Positions 1 to 9,940 of a DNA stretch of 64,000 nucleotides are shown piece by piece. The notes under the pieces are model-generated. The model made no database searches and was not told the DNA's origin. It was given only the letters and a program-made list of their open reading frames with translations. Every line of letters begins with the position of its first letter. The stretch's first letter is position 1. Source of the stretch: an uncultured Chloroflexia bacterium (GTDB lineage Bacteria; Chloroflexota; Limnocylindria; Limnocylindrales; CSP1-4); the NCBI GenBank assembly GCA_963768655.1, contig CAVYIM010000005.1, positions 288,001 through 352,000 of the forward strand. The letters are read 5' to 3'. The position numbers were made by a program, and so were the translations under genes.

Positions 1-1048
1 CCTCGCGCGCCAGCGTGTCGACCGCGTGGCCGAGCTCGCCGCCGACGATCGACTTCGACATCAGCCGCGCCTGCTCGGCGCTGAGGCCCTTGGCCTGGTA
101 GATCAGCGTCAGCTCCTCCTCTTCCTCGTCGGGGACCTGGAGGACCTCCTCGCGCTCGACCTTGACCTGGTGGGCGTACAGCTCGCGGGCGCTCTGGACG
201 GACAGCCACTCGCCGATCGCCATCGAGAGCGCGCCGGCCAGCATGCCGGCGAACCCCGCCACGAGAACGGCGTGGCCGCCGCCCGACGCCCCGGCGACGC
301 CCATCGAGAGGCTCAGGTTGGAGACCAGACCGTCGTTCGCGCCCAGGACGGCCGCGCGTAGCTGATTGCCGCCGCTGCCGCGGTGCCGCCCTTCGATGCG
401 GGCGATGGCGCCGCCCTCGACGCCCTGCCCGCCGGCCAGCTCGCGGAAGAGCCGGGCGTGGGAGCGCTCGTCGCCGGGCATCCGCGCCAGCGCCTCGGGC
501 TGGTCGTCGTACATCGCCTCGTCGGCGGCCTCGCGCTCGGCGATCGTGGGCACCACCAGCTGTGGTCCGAAATGGCGGGCCACGAACATCAGCGCTCGCG
601 CCCGCCAGGCCGGGTGCATCCGGCTCGTGTCGACGCCGGCCGCCGCGAGCCGCTCGCGCCAGACGCCTTCGTGGACGCCCTCGATCTCGACCATTCGGCC
701 GTAGAAGTCCTTGAGCGTCTGGCTCGGCTCTTCCTGGGCCAGCAGCCCATACAGGGCGACGGCGTCGATCTCGCCCTGGAGGTTCTCGCGGTAGCGGGCG
801 ACGTCGGCTTTGGCGGCGGTCTCGGACGGTGTCGGCGTCCCCGCGGTCGTGGGCGGCTTGGGCGCCTCCGGCGTCGTCGGCGGCTTCGGACCTTTGGGCG
901 TCGCCGGCGGCTTGGGCGACTTCGGCGGCTCGGGCGACGGCTTGCCGGCGGCAGGCGCGACAGGGACGGGCGCCGCGCTCATCTCGGCGGCCTTCGACTT
1001 GTTCTTGGCCTTCGACCTGCCTGGCTTGCTCTTCTTGCGAGCGCTCAT
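1..1048 (-). CDS. VIT1/CCC1 family iron/manganese transporter with N-terminal rubrerythrin/ferritin-like domain (3' end runs off window)
   Basis: Not in ORF track. Manual translation from ATG at 1048: Lys/Pro-rich tail, then ENLQGEIDAVALY...EIEGVH...DERSH (di-iron ExxH motifs), then LRAAVLGANDGLVSN...GALSMAIGEWLS (VIT1 signature). Confidence 0.88.
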   Translation of the reverse strand, partial: MSARKKSKPGRSKAKNKSKAAEMSAAPVPVAPAAGKPSPEPPKSPKPPATPKGPKPPTTPEAPKPPTTAGTPTPSETAAKADVARYRENLQGEIDAVALYGLLAQEEPSQTLKDFYGRMVEIEGVHEGVWRERLAAAGVDTSRMHPAWRARALMFVARHFGPQLVVPTIAEREAADEAMYDDQPEALARMPGDERSHARLFRELAGGQGVEGGAIARIEGRHRGSGGNQLRAAVLGANDGLVSNLSLSMGVAGASGGGHAVLVAGFAGMLAGALSMAIGEWLSVQSARELYAHQVKVEREEVLQVPDEEEEELTLIYQAKGLSAEQARLMSKSIVGGELGHAVDTLARE

Positions 1049-1180
1049 GGGCGTAGTGTCGCCGGTCTTGCCCGGCAGGACAACGTCGCCGCGTCAGGGA
1101 CGTCCGACGGCGGGATCGCCGATCGCGCGGAACGCCACAGGCAGGCTGCGGCTGGGAGCCCGCCTCGCCCGCCTGGAACC

Positions 1181-1801
1181 CTAGCCGCGCTTGCCGATCA
1201 GGTCGCCGGCCGGGCGATGGGCGATCGTGCCGGGAGTCGGGGCGGGCGTGGGCACCCAGGCCCGGAACCGGTCGCCCAGCTTGGAGCGCCGATCGGAGCC
1301 CCAGACGAACACATCCGCTCCACCGCCGTACGGGCAGAATGCGTCGCCGGTGGCGGGCGCGAAGAGAGCGACCCGCCCGACGCGATCTCGGGCCACGGCG
1401 AGCCACACGCGGTCCAGGAGTCCGCGCTGCCAGCTCAAAGTCGTGGCCACGAACTCGGCGTGGCTGGAGCCTGGCAGGTAATCGCGCAGGCTCTCGATCC
1501 AGGCCGGCGGCGGTTCGATCGGCGTCGCACCGATGGCCCGGAGCTCGCCGGTCGCCTCGTGCCGCGGATCGAGGTGGATGGCCAGAATCAGCACCGTGGT
1601 GCCGGTGAAGAGCGCACTGGCAACGGCATCGAACCGCGACGCGGTTCGCTCGTCCTCCTCACGCGTTGCCGGCTCGGCGCTGTCGCGCAGGTAGTGGACA
1701 CGCGTCCAGACCGCCTCGTGGGTGAAACGCAGCATGAAGCCGACCGGCGGTTGGCCCGAGTACTGCGCCTGCCACGCCTCCAGCGCTTCATGAACGTCCA
1801 C
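1181..1801 (-). CDS. DUF3885-like hypothetical protein
   Basis: WTRVHYL and CPYGGGADVF motifs resemble DUF3885 (WxRFH / PYDGGxD). Confidence 0.6.
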   Translation of the reverse strand: MDVHEALEAWQAQYSGQPPVGFMLRFTHEAVWTRVHYLRDSAEPATREEDERTASRFDAVASALFTGTTVLILAIHLDPRHEATGELRAIGATPIEPPPAWIESLRDYLPGSSHAEFVATTLSWQRGLLDRVWLAVARDRVGRVALFAPATGDAFCPYGGGADVFVWGSDRRSKLGDRFRAWVPTPAPTPGTIAHRPAGDLIGKRG

Positions 1802-2029
1802 TGCGTCAGATCGACCCCGCTATGTCGGCAAGACCGGTCGCCACGCCGGAGCGCTCCCAGGAATAGGCGTCAACCACTCCACCTGGTCCGTACGCCGAAT
1901 GCAGGAGCCGAGCGTGGGCATACCGTACCCGTTATCGGGCTGGCAGACAACAGGATGAGCCACCGATCACGAGACGTCACCCGGTCAACGTTCGCAGTCG
2001 AGAGATTCCGGTGCGGCGGGGCAACCGGA

Positions 2030-2380
2030 CTAGGACGCGAACGCGGGGCGCACGGCGTCGACTAGCTCCTCGCAGGTAAGCGGGTCGACGACCTCGTAGT
2101 GCTGGATGTCGAAGTAGGAGAAGACCTCAGGCGCGTCGCCGGCGATCATAGGGGCATTCAGGAGATCGATGCCTCCGACCCAGTCATAAACCCCCTTGAG
2201 GTCGTTCCAGACGCTCAGGAAGACGATCTCCTCCGAGCCGTCCTTGTGAGTCTGGCGACCGACCTGAGCGTAGGAGCAGCCCTCATGGCTGCGCGTCCTC
2301 GCCAGGGCCAGCGCGGACTGTTCGCGAAACAGGCCCAGGGCGTCGGCCTTGACGCGACCTTGAAGCACTCGAACGATCAA
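2030..2380 (-). CDS. ABM (antibiotic biosynthesis monooxygenase)-like dimeric alpha-beta barrel protein
   Basis: MIVRV..G.VK, FLSVW.DL..V..W.G and HYEV pattern; GAGG RBS before TTG start. Confidence 0.65.
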   Translation of the reverse strand: MIVRVLQGRVKADALGLFREQSALALARTRSHEGCSYAQVGRQTHKDGSEEIVFLSVWNDLKGVYDWVGGIDLLNAPMIAGDAPEVFSYFDIQHYEVVDPLTCEELVDAVRPAFAS

Positions 2381-2641
2381 GTCTCATCCTCGCGCTTTCC
2401 TTCCCTCCCGCCGTCGATTGTCGGGAGCGCTCGAGCGTTCGGCAATACCAGGCGCATAACAACGCGGCGCCGAGACGTCGCCAATGCGTCAAAGTGGTCG
2501 ACCGGCGCACCAGACGGGGCGGTTCGACACGGACGGTCGAAGCCGGATCGGTGCCCGGCGAGGGGCGATCGCCGGGCCGACTGCGGAAGACGGGCGTGGC
2601 CCGCAACCGGATCGCCGCGGCGCGGGAACGGCTGGTCCGGA

Positions 2642-2663
2642 CTTACACGGGCCTTACGTGGGC
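2642..2663 (+). promoter_or_regulatory. 11-bp direct repeat, possible OmpR/PhoB-family operator
   Basis: CTTACACGGGC-CTTACGTGGGC tandem about 75 bp upstream of the 2738 start. Confidence 0.35.
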
Positions 2664-2737
2664 CTCGTACAGGTCGTAGCCGGCAGCCCGAGGATCTCCT
2701 CGTCAACTCGACAGAGTCCGACTAGGAGACCAGCCAG

Positions 2738-3118
2738 GTGAACCGTCAGACCCGCTCCGTCGCAAGGCTCGCCGGAACGCTTCTCATCGTCGGCCTCGTC
2801 GCGGTCGCATGCGGCCGCCACGATGCCGGCCAGGGAACGCCGCCGGCCGGGCAGAATCCAACCGCAGCCGCCACCGCCCAGGCCGCGACCCCGGCCGCTG
2901 CTCCGACAGCCCTGACATCCGACGCTCCGGCATCGCCGGCGGCCTCGGCATCAGTGGCTCCGGCCGCCTCGCCATCGGTGGCTCCGGCCGCCTCGTACTC
3001 ACCTCCCACCACAGCCGACGATCCCGTTCCCGGAGAGATCCAGTCTGTCGACCAACTCCTGAACAGCATCGCCGGATCGATCTCCGGCGCCGACTCCGGC
3101 ACCAACGGCGGCGAATAG
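2738..3118 (+). CDS. Pro/Ala-rich lipoprotein
   Basis: AGGAG RBS; signal peptide with lipobox AVA-C-G. Confidence 0.7.
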   Translation: MNRQTRSVARLAGTLLIVGLVAVACGRHDAGQGTPPAGQNPTAAATAQAATPAAAPTALTSDAPASPAASASVAPAASPSVAPAASYSPPTTADDPVPGEIQSVDQLLNSIAGSISGADSGTNGGE

Positions 3119-3145
3119 CCGGCCGCATCCAGACAGGAGAACACC

Positions 3146-3910
3146 ATGAAGACCCACGCCCGCACTATTCTCGCCGGCCTCGCGGTCGCCGCCATGCTCG
3201 TCGTCTCGTCCGCGGCCGTCGCCTCGGCCGCCGCCCCGGTCGTCTCCGGCGGTCCCGCCGGCAAGGGCGTTTGCGCCAAGGAGGCCGCCGCCGTCCGGGC
3301 CGGCGTCTCGATCGACACCCTGCGCGCCTTCGGCGATTGCGAGATCGCTCGCCGCTTCACGACCCTCGACGCCCTGGCCACGAAGATCTCGAGTTCCAAG
3401 GCCCTGACCAGCTCTGACGCAGCCGCGCTGTCCAGCGAAGTGGCCTCGACGACGAGCGGTCTGACCGCCCTCAAGGCCGAGATCGACTCCGAGACGTCCC
3501 TGCTCGCCCTGCCTGCGGAGATTCGCCAGATCGCGACCAACTATCGCGTGTACCTGCTGGTCGTGCCACAAGTGAACCTCGTGAACGGCGCCGACATGGT
3601 CGGGCTCGCCAACACCGCGTTCGAACAGATCTCGACCAACCTGACCGCCCGCATCGCCGCGGCCAAGGCCGCCGGCAAGGAGACCACCGCGGCCCAGGCC
3701 GACCTCGACGCGATGAATGCCGCCGTGGCGCAGGCCGTCGGCCTGGCCGAGCCGCTGCCGGCAGCGCTCCTGCCGCTGACCCCCGCCCAGTACAACGCCG
3801 GCACTGCCGGCCCCGTGATCAGGAATGCGCGGGCGGCCCTGGTCCAGGCTCGCGGCCTGCTCCTGTCGGCCCGCCAGGATGCCGTGGCCTGCCGCGCCGC
3901 TCTCGAGTAG
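3146..3910 (+). CDS. Secreted alpha-helical hypothetical protein
   Basis: AGGAG RBS, Sec signal peptide, Ala-rich amphipathic helices, strong GC3 codon bias. Confidence 0.8.
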   Translation: MKTHARTILAGLAVAAMLVVSSAAVASAAAPVVSGGPAGKGVCAKEAAAVRAGVSIDTLRAFGDCEIARRFTTLDALATKISSSKALTSSDAAALSSEVASTTSGLTALKAEIDSETSLLALPAEIRQIATNYRVYLLVVPQVNLVNGADMVGLANTAFEQISTNLTARIAAAKAAGKETTAAQADLDAMNAAVAQAVGLAEPLPAALLPLTPAQYNAGTAGPVIRNARAALVQARGLLLSARQDAVACRAALE

Positions 3911-3936
3911 CGAACCGTTCCTCGCGGCCCCGAATC

Positions 3937-3978
3937 GCGCGGCTCCCGACCTCCGGGTCGGGAGCCGCGCTTCTCTAT
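3937..3978 (+). terminator. Intrinsic terminator-like hairpin
   Basis: 15-bp stem GCGCGGCTCCCGACC/GGTCGGGAGCCGCGC followed by TTCTCT, between convergent genes. Confidence 0.7.
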
Positions 3979-4025
3979 CTGGCGGGCCGCGATCCACAGG
4001 ACGCCGGCGTGGCCTCAGCCCCGGC

Positions 4026-4499
4026 TCAGACCCGGCCCCAATCCCGGTACGGGTGATTCACCAGGCTGGCGTTGAAGTAGCGCGGGTCACCGGTGACCTC
4101 CTCGCCGATCCAGTCGGGCAGGATCACCGCCGTGGCTTCGGACGGTAGCTCGACCTCGGCGACGACCAGTCCGTCATTCTCACCGCCGAAGACGTCGATC
4201 TCCCAGACCAGGCGGCCGGCCGTGACGCGGTAGCGCGTCTTCTCGATGAGCGGCCGGAGCGCCAGCTGATCGAGCAGTTCCTCCGCCTCGGGCACCGGGA
4301 TCTCGTACTCATATTCGGCCCGGCTGGCTCCACTCTCGGAGGAGGCGCCTTTGATCGTGACGAAGGCACGCACGCCGGAGACCCGGACGCGCACCGTGCG
4401 CTCCGGATCGATCGACAGATAGCCCTGCCGCATCGCCGTGCCGGCCAGGCTCGCGACGACCGACCTGTCGGCGACCAGGAACTTACGCTCGATCTCCAT
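4026..4499 (-). CDS. CYTH domain protein (triphosphate tunnel metalloenzyme)
   Basis: MEIERKFLV, VRVR, EYEYEIP, EKTRY, WEIDVF and AEVEL motifs; start trimmed to ATG 4499. Confidence 0.93.
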   Translation of the reverse strand: MEIERKFLVADRSVVASLAGTAMRQGYLSIDPERTVRVRVSGVRAFVTIKGASSESGASRAEYEYEIPVPEAEELLDQLALRPLIEKTRYRVTAGRLVWEIDVFGGENDGLVVAEVELPSEATAVILPDWIGEEVTGDPRYFNASLVNHPYRDWGRV

Positions 4500-4506
4500 T
4501 CCCACG

Positions 4507-6837
4507 TCAGCCGTCCTCGTCGACCGTGGGGAGAGTGAAGCCGAACTCGGCGCCGGGGCCATCGGCGCGTGGCCGGGCCCAGATCGCGCCTTCCATCGAC
4601 GCGATCAGTCGATGCGCCAGGAAGAGCCCGATCCCGGAGCCCGCGGTCGTGGCCGTGCGGTCGGACCTGTAGAAGAGCTCGAAGAGCCGGTCCGCCTCCT
4701 CGGGATCGACGCCGGGCCCGCGATCGAGGACGCGCACGCGCGGATGGCCGTCCTGCGCGTCGGCGATCACGTCGATCTCGCCGTCGGGGGGGCCGTACTT
4801 GGCCGCGTTGCCGATCAGGTTACGAACGATCTGTTCGACGAAGGCCGGCTCGGCCTTGGCGACGGGCGGGTTGCCGACCACCTTGAAGTCGATCCGCCGG
4901 CCCTGCCAGCGAGCCTGCTCCTGGGCGCAGACCTTGCGCAGGATGTGGGGCAGCAGGACCGGCTCGGTCCGAATCTGGATGGTGCCGCGCTCCACCCGGG
5001 CGAGCACGACGAGATCCTCGACAAGCCGCCGCAGCCGCTCCAATTCCTGGTTGATGTCGTCGAGCAGCTCCGCCCGTTGCGAATCCTCCAGCCCGGCACG
5101 GCTCAGGAGGGTGCTGGCCGCATGTATCGAAGTGATCGGAGTTCGAAGCTCGTGCGACAGGATGCCGGCGAAGGCCTCCCTGAAGGCCTCGGCATCCCGG
5201 CGGTCGGTGACGTCGAGGTTGATGCCGGCCCAGCTGGTGAACCGCCCGTCGGCTTCGACGATCGGAAAGCCGCGCGAGAGGATCGTGTGCGACCGGTTGT
5301 CCGTGCCCCGGACCGTGAACTCGAAGCTCCAGGGGCGCCGGGCCGAGACCGCGACCTTCCAGTCGCGCAGCGTCGCCTCGGCCGTGTCGGGCGCCAGGGC
5401 CTCCAACCACCCAAGTCCCTGGGCTTCCTCCTCCGTCCGCCCGATCAGTGACAGGAAAGACTGGCTCATGTAGCGCATTCGACCGTCTGCGTCGGCCGTC
5501 CAGAAACCGAATGGGACGGAATCGCTGATCACCTGGGCCTGTTTGCGCAACTCGGACAGCGCCGTCAGCGCTTCTTCGCGGCGCTTGCGCTCCGTGATGT
5601 CGACGACGCTCAACGCCAGACCGATCGCCTCCCCGGTCTCATCGCTGAGTGCCTTCGCACTCAGCAGCCAGGTCCCGGGCTCGGCCCCGGCCGCGGCATT
5701 GCCGCTGACTTCCAGGTCCTGTATCCCACTTCCCGAGACGAGCACGCCCTCCAGCGTGGCCGCCGTGTCGATCCCGAGCTCGGGCGAGACCCGGTCGACG
5801 CGTTGCCCGAGATGAGCCAGCGGGCCGAGCCCGTCGATCGAAGCGAGCGCCGGGTTGACGTACAGGTATCTGAGGTCGCGGTCCAGGACGGCGAGGCCGA
5901 TCGGCGCCGTCTCGATCAGCGGCGTCGAGACGGCCGAGCCCAGGCGGACAAGGTCCAGCTCCGCCTGCCGGCGCTGTTCCACGAGACGCCTGACGCTGGC
6001 CGTGGTCCACGCCCCGATCGCCACGAGCACGAGCGCCTCGAGCGTGACCAGGATCGAGAGGCCGACCGACTCGTCGTACAGGCCGGCCCGCTCGCCCATC
6101 AGGCGAAGCCACGCGCCGATGGGCACGATCAGGAGGGCGGCCGGAAGGATGCGGCGAATGACCTGGCCGGCCGGGCCGGGATCGGTCACCTGGCGGGCCA
6201 GCGCGTGCTCAGGATCGACGGCGATCAGGCCTACAGCCAGAAGCGTCAGGGCGACCGCGGCCGGCAGCGCGACCTGGTTCGCGGACGTCGGGCCGATCAG
6301 CGTCTCCGCCCCATACATGTAGCCCATCAGCGAAACCCCCCCGATCGCGGCAGAGACCGCAGCGAGCAGTTCAGTCGGGTGGACGCCGCGCACGCGACGA
6401 CCCATCAAGAGCACGGCCATGGCGGCGGCCAGGAACCCGAACGCCGTCAGGATGGCGAACCGGCCGGGGTGGGGCGAGCCGGCGCTGGTCAGGTCTCTGA
6501 CAAAGAACTCGTCTATGCCGAGGTTGACGCCGGCGAAATGCTCCGCGAGCGTCACCAGGGCGATGGCTGCCACCACGAGCGCGGCCACGGACGCCCAGAG
6601 ATGGCTTTCCCCGGGACGGGAGGCGAGGACCAGGGCGATCGCCAGCCCGAGAAGGCAAACGGCAGCATTGACCTTCGTGGCGACCTCGCCGGGCACCCAC
6701 GAAGTCAGGTCCGAGAGGCCCGACGCCCAACCGACCAGGATGCCGACCGCGATGAGGCCGACGACGACGCCGATGCCCTGCGCGAAGCCGGCCAGCGTCA
6801 GCCGCGGTTTCCGAAGGGGCGGAATGGTGCCTGTCAC
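4507..6837 (-). CDS. Membrane-bound PAS-domain sensor histidine kinase
   Basis: Multiple N-terminal TM helices, two PAS domains, SHELRTP H-box, NAAKY N-box, DRGPG and GSGIGL G-boxes. Confidence 0.93.
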   Translation of the reverse strand: MTGTIPPLRKPRLTLAGFAQGIGVVVGLIAVGILVGWASGLSDLTSWVPGEVATKVNAAVCLLGLAIALVLASRPGESHLWASVAALVVAAIALVTLAEHFAGVNLGIDEFFVRDLTSAGSPHPGRFAILTAFGFLAAAMAVLLMGRRVRGVHPTELLAAVSAAIGGVSLMGYMYGAETLIGPTSANQVALPAAVALTLLAVGLIAVDPEHALARQVTDPGPAGQVIRRILPAALLIVPIGAWLRLMGERAGLYDESVGLSILVTLEALVLVAIGAWTTASVRRLVEQRRQAELDLVRLGSAVSTPLIETAPIGLAVLDRDLRYLYVNPALASIDGLGPLAHLGQRVDRVSPELGIDTAATLEGVLVSGSGIQDLEVSGNAAAGAEPGTWLLSAKALSDETGEAIGLALSVVDITERKRREEALTALSELRKQAQVISDSVPFGFWTADADGRMRYMSQSFLSLIGRTEEEAQGLGWLEALAPDTAEATLRDWKVAVSARRPWSFEFTVRGTDNRSHTILSRGFPIVEADGRFTSWAGINLDVTDRRDAEAFREAFAGILSHELRTPITSIHAASTLLSRAGLEDSQRAELLDDINQELERLRRLVEDLVVLARVERGTIQIRTEPVLLPHILRKVCAQEQARWQGRRIDFKVVGNPPVAKAEPAFVEQIVRNLIGNAAKYGPPDGEIDVIADAQDGHPRVRVLDRGPGVDPEEADRLFELFYRSDRTATTAGSGIGLFLAHRLIASMEGAIWARPRADGPGAEFGFTLPTVDEDG

Positions 6838-7066
6838 GACCGGGCTGTCGTGGGCTTCAAGGCGTCGGCCGCGCGGCCGCGTTCGACGACGGATCGGATG
6901 CCAGTCGCGCGTGACTCATCGCACCGCTCCAACTGCCTTGACGTTGGATATGGTACGTCGCCGCCGGGACCGATTGAAGGGGCGAGGTCAGGCGTGCCGA
7001 ACGACCCGCCGGGCGTCGCACGTCGCTATGGGCGCCATCCGGCGACGGCGGGCAGGCCTGAGACCG

Positions 7067-7927
7067 TCAGGGCATCCAGGTCCGCGGGCGCTTCGTCTCG
7101 TGCTCAGCCGGCTCGGGCAACTCCCAGACCGGTCCGCCCTCGGCCGGCTCCGCGGACCTGGCCGCGGCCGCCGGGTGAGCAACCGGCGCGGCCGGCGCCT
7201 TGGGAGCGCCGGGCTTCGCCGCGGGCGGCTGCAGGCCATGTGGCGCGGCCGGCGTCGGGGATTGCGGGGCGGGCAGCCCGATCGGATGCGGAGCCACCCA
7301 TGCCGCGGCCCGGGTCTTGCCGCCGGGGGTCTTCGCCGGCCGGCGCGCGGGCGGTTGGTCGGCGGCCGCGGGCGCTGCCTCGGCGGCCTCCCTGGCGGCC
7401 TTCTTTGCGGCCGTCGGCGCCGCGGCAGCCGGAGCGGGAACGGCCTTGAGGCTGGCTTTCGCAACGACCGTGGGCGCCTCCGGCTTGACGGCGGGAGTCT
7501 TGGCAATCGCCACGACCTGGGGGGCCGCCTGCACCGGCACGGGCGCGGCCACCTGGAAGGCGCGACCGTCGATACCGGCCAGCAGCCCGATGAGGAACTC
7601 GCAGATCCTGTCGGCCTCGTCGTCGACGCCCTTCAGAACCTGGCCTTCGACCTGCACTGCCACGATCCGATGGCCGTCGGAAGCCTCCACTCCCAGCTCG
7701 CTGACCTGGAGCTTGCCCCATCTGACGAGCTTGCCCGTCGCCCGCGGACCTTCGGCTCCGGCCCCGCCGACGCGGACGGCGACCGAGATCAAACCGGCCT
7801 GGGTCGGCGCCATGACCGAGTAGCGGAACTCCGGGTCTTCACCCCACAGCACCCAGCAGGCCGGATCGCCATCCGCGCCCAGGTCCGCGAGCACCGGTTT
7901 CAGCACCGCGAGGATCTTGTTGCTCAT
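7067..7927 (-). CDS. Hypothetical protein with globular N-domain and Pro/Ala-rich C-tail
   Basis: ORF 7067..7972 with high-GC codon bias from MSNKILAV (ATG 7927); start uncertain. Confidence 0.7.
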   Translation of the reverse strand: MSNKILAVLKPVLADLGADGDPACWVLWGEDPEFRYSVMAPTQAGLISVAVRVGGAGAEGPRATGKLVRWGKLQVSELGVEASDGHRIVAVQVEGQVLKGVDDEADRICEFLIGLLAGIDGRAFQVAAPVPVQAAPQVVAIAKTPAVKPEAPTVVAKASLKAVPAPAAAAPTAAKKAAREAAEAAPAAADQPPARRPAKTPGGKTRAAAWVAPHPIGLPAPQSPTPAAPHGLQPPAAKPGAPKAPAAPVAHPAAAARSAEPAEGGPVWELPEPAEHETKRPRTWMP

Positions 7928-8287
7928 GCACTCGCGGTTAGGGGCCGTCTTCCTCCACTCGCTCAGAAGCATCGACTGGCCTCCCCAATGACATCCGGCA
8001 CGGGACTGTGCCGGCGGTTGGTCTCGTCGCCGATGAGGCTATCACGCTGGAAGGCCACGTGAAACCAGACGGCGCCATCACTCTCACGAAGGATACGGAC
8101 GCTACCGCGGAAGGACACGACCGCATCCGAAGGAGTAGTCGGTTGGAGCCCCCGGAATGATGTGCCGGCGGGAACGTGGCGCGTATTCTCACGCTGACAC
8201 CGACCTGGCGCTGGAGCGGGAAGTCGGCTGGTCGCTCCGGGCGGCAACCGGGAGGGCCCGAGCGAATGATGCAGGAGAGGACGGCTT

Positions 8288-9247
8288 ATGAAGCTGAACC
8301 GTGGTCGACTCAATTGGGGAGTCTTCTTCATCGTCCTTGGAGCCGTCCCCCTGGCCTACCATCAGGGGGCCGTTTCGCTGACCGCTCTCGGCGATGCCTG
8401 GCGACTCTGGCCGCTCGTCCTGGTCGGCATCGGGCTCGGGTTCGTGCTTTCGCGAACACCGGCCTACTTCGTCGGCGGCCTGGTGGTCGCCGCCTGCCTG
8501 GGCCTCGTGCTGGGCAGCCTCTTCGCCGTCGGGCCTCAGCTCGGCTGCGGCAATCCGAGCGGCACGGGCGGCTCAGTCTCGCGCGACGGCACTTTCACAG
8601 GCGCCGCGCAGGTCGAGCTCAACCTGCAATGCGGTCGCGCCGACGTCTCCACCTCGCCTGACAGCCAGTGGCACGTCAGCGCGACCAACACGGGCACGAA
8701 CGACCCGGAGGTGAACTCTTCCCCCAACTCGCTGACGGTCAGCTCGGGCGACAGCGACGGCTGGTGGCTGCAGCGTGGCGAGGAGGACTGGAACGTCGAG
8801 CTGCCGTCGGGTCAGTCGATCGGGCTCGACGTCTCCATCGATGCCGGCGACGCTCACGTCAGCCTCGCCGGAGCGAGCCTCTCTTCCGCGAGCTTTTCGC
8901 TCAACGCCGGGTCGCTCCATGCGGATCTGACCGGCGCCCGGATCGGCAGCATCACAGTCTCGACCAACGTCGGGGCGTCGGCGCTGTCACTCGACGGCAA
9001 CTCCAGCGTATCGGGCACTCTCTCGACGAACGTCGGGGCGCTCGACCTGTGCGCGCCGAGCCAGCTGGGGCTCAGCCTGAAGTCGAGCGAGAGCCTGGCA
9101 TCGAGCAACTTTTCGAGTGCCGGTCTGGTCCAGGTCGGCGAAGCCTGGCAGACGCCCGGCTATGACACCGCGGCCAACAAGGCCGATTTCACCGTCAGCA
9201 CGAGCGTCGGAAGCCTGACGCTCAACCCCGCAGGAGGCTGCAAGTGA
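8288..9247 (+). CDS. LiaF/LiaI-like membrane protein (DUF5668-type N-terminus) with beta-solenoid extracellular domain
   Basis: WGVFFIVLG...WRLWPLVLVGIGL motif followed by repetitive beta-strand repeats; overlaps start of pspC. Confidence 0.75.
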   Translation: MKLNRGRLNWGVFFIVLGAVPLAYHQGAVSLTALGDAWRLWPLVLVGIGLGFVLSRTPAYFVGGLVVAACLGLVLGSLFAVGPQLGCGNPSGTGGSVSRDGTFTGAAQVELNLQCGRADVSTSPDSQWHVSATNTGTNDPEVNSSPNSLTVSSGDSDGWWLQRGEEDWNVELPSGQSIGLDVSIDAGDAHVSLAGASLSSASFSLNAGSLHADLTGARIGSITVSTNVGASALSLDGNSSVSGTLSTNVGALDLCAPSQLGLSLKSSESLASSNFSSAGLVQVGEAWQTPGYDTAANKADFTVSTSVGSLTLNPAGGCK

Positions 9248-9875
9248 ACCCTCGTCGTCTCTATCGATCCTCCGACGACCGCTGGATCGCGGGCGTGGCG
9301 GCCGGCGTCGCCGACTACTTCGACGTGGATCCGATCCTGGTCCGGATCGTCTGGCTCGTCTCGGTCCCGCTGACGGGATTTCTCTCGCTGCTGGCCTATT
9401 TCATCATGATGGTCGTCGTGCCCCTCGGGCCCCAGGAGTGGTCGCAGCCCTCACCCTGGCAGCCGGGCGGCGCGCCCGTCGGCTACGGTGCCCCCGGTAT
9501 GCCGCCCGCCACGCCTGAGAGTGGCGGGCCCGGTCCGGCCCCGGACCCCGCTGCCGGCGCTCCGGCGGGCGCGCCCGCGCCCGCCCCATGCCCGGCCCCA
9601 TGCCCGGCCCCATGCCCGGACCGACGCCCGGATGGGACTGGCGCTGGCAGGCGCGTCAGGATCGCTGGCAGAGGCGCGCGGAACGCTGGGAGCGCCGCGC
9701 GGAACACCGCGGCTCGGGCGGCATCGTCTTCGGCGCGCTTCTGATCGTGGTCGGCGGCGTCCTCGCCTGGCACACGATCGACCCGGGCCTCGACCTGAAC
9801 CTGGCCTGGGCGATCGCCATCATCGCCTTCGGCGTGTTCCTGGTGATCTCGTCAGTCGAGCGCCACGGGGCCTGA
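9244..9875 (+). CDS. PspC domain membrane protein (apparent 1-bp deletion near 9583)
   Basis: RRLYRSSDDRWIAGVAAGVADYFDVDPILVRI PspC signature; C-terminal TM pair lies in a different frame (9588..9875); one G missing in the first CCCGGCCCCATG unit. Confidence 0.8.
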
Positions 9876-9940
9876 CACCTCGCGCGATCTATGCCCTGGC
9901 CCGGCGCATCCAACGCCCGCGGCCCCTGACTGTCGCGGGC

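Noticed and set aside
383-2065. Long + strand ORFs here and similar antisense ORFs elsewhere (e.g. 5803-7449, 27409-28827, 52605-54638)
   Set aside because: Shadow ORFs of high-GC genes on the opposite strand or frame; Arg/Gly/Pro-rich with no motifs
7975-8280. Divergent intergenic region as ncRNA or small gene
   Set aside because: No recognisable motif, convincing structure or codon-biased ORF
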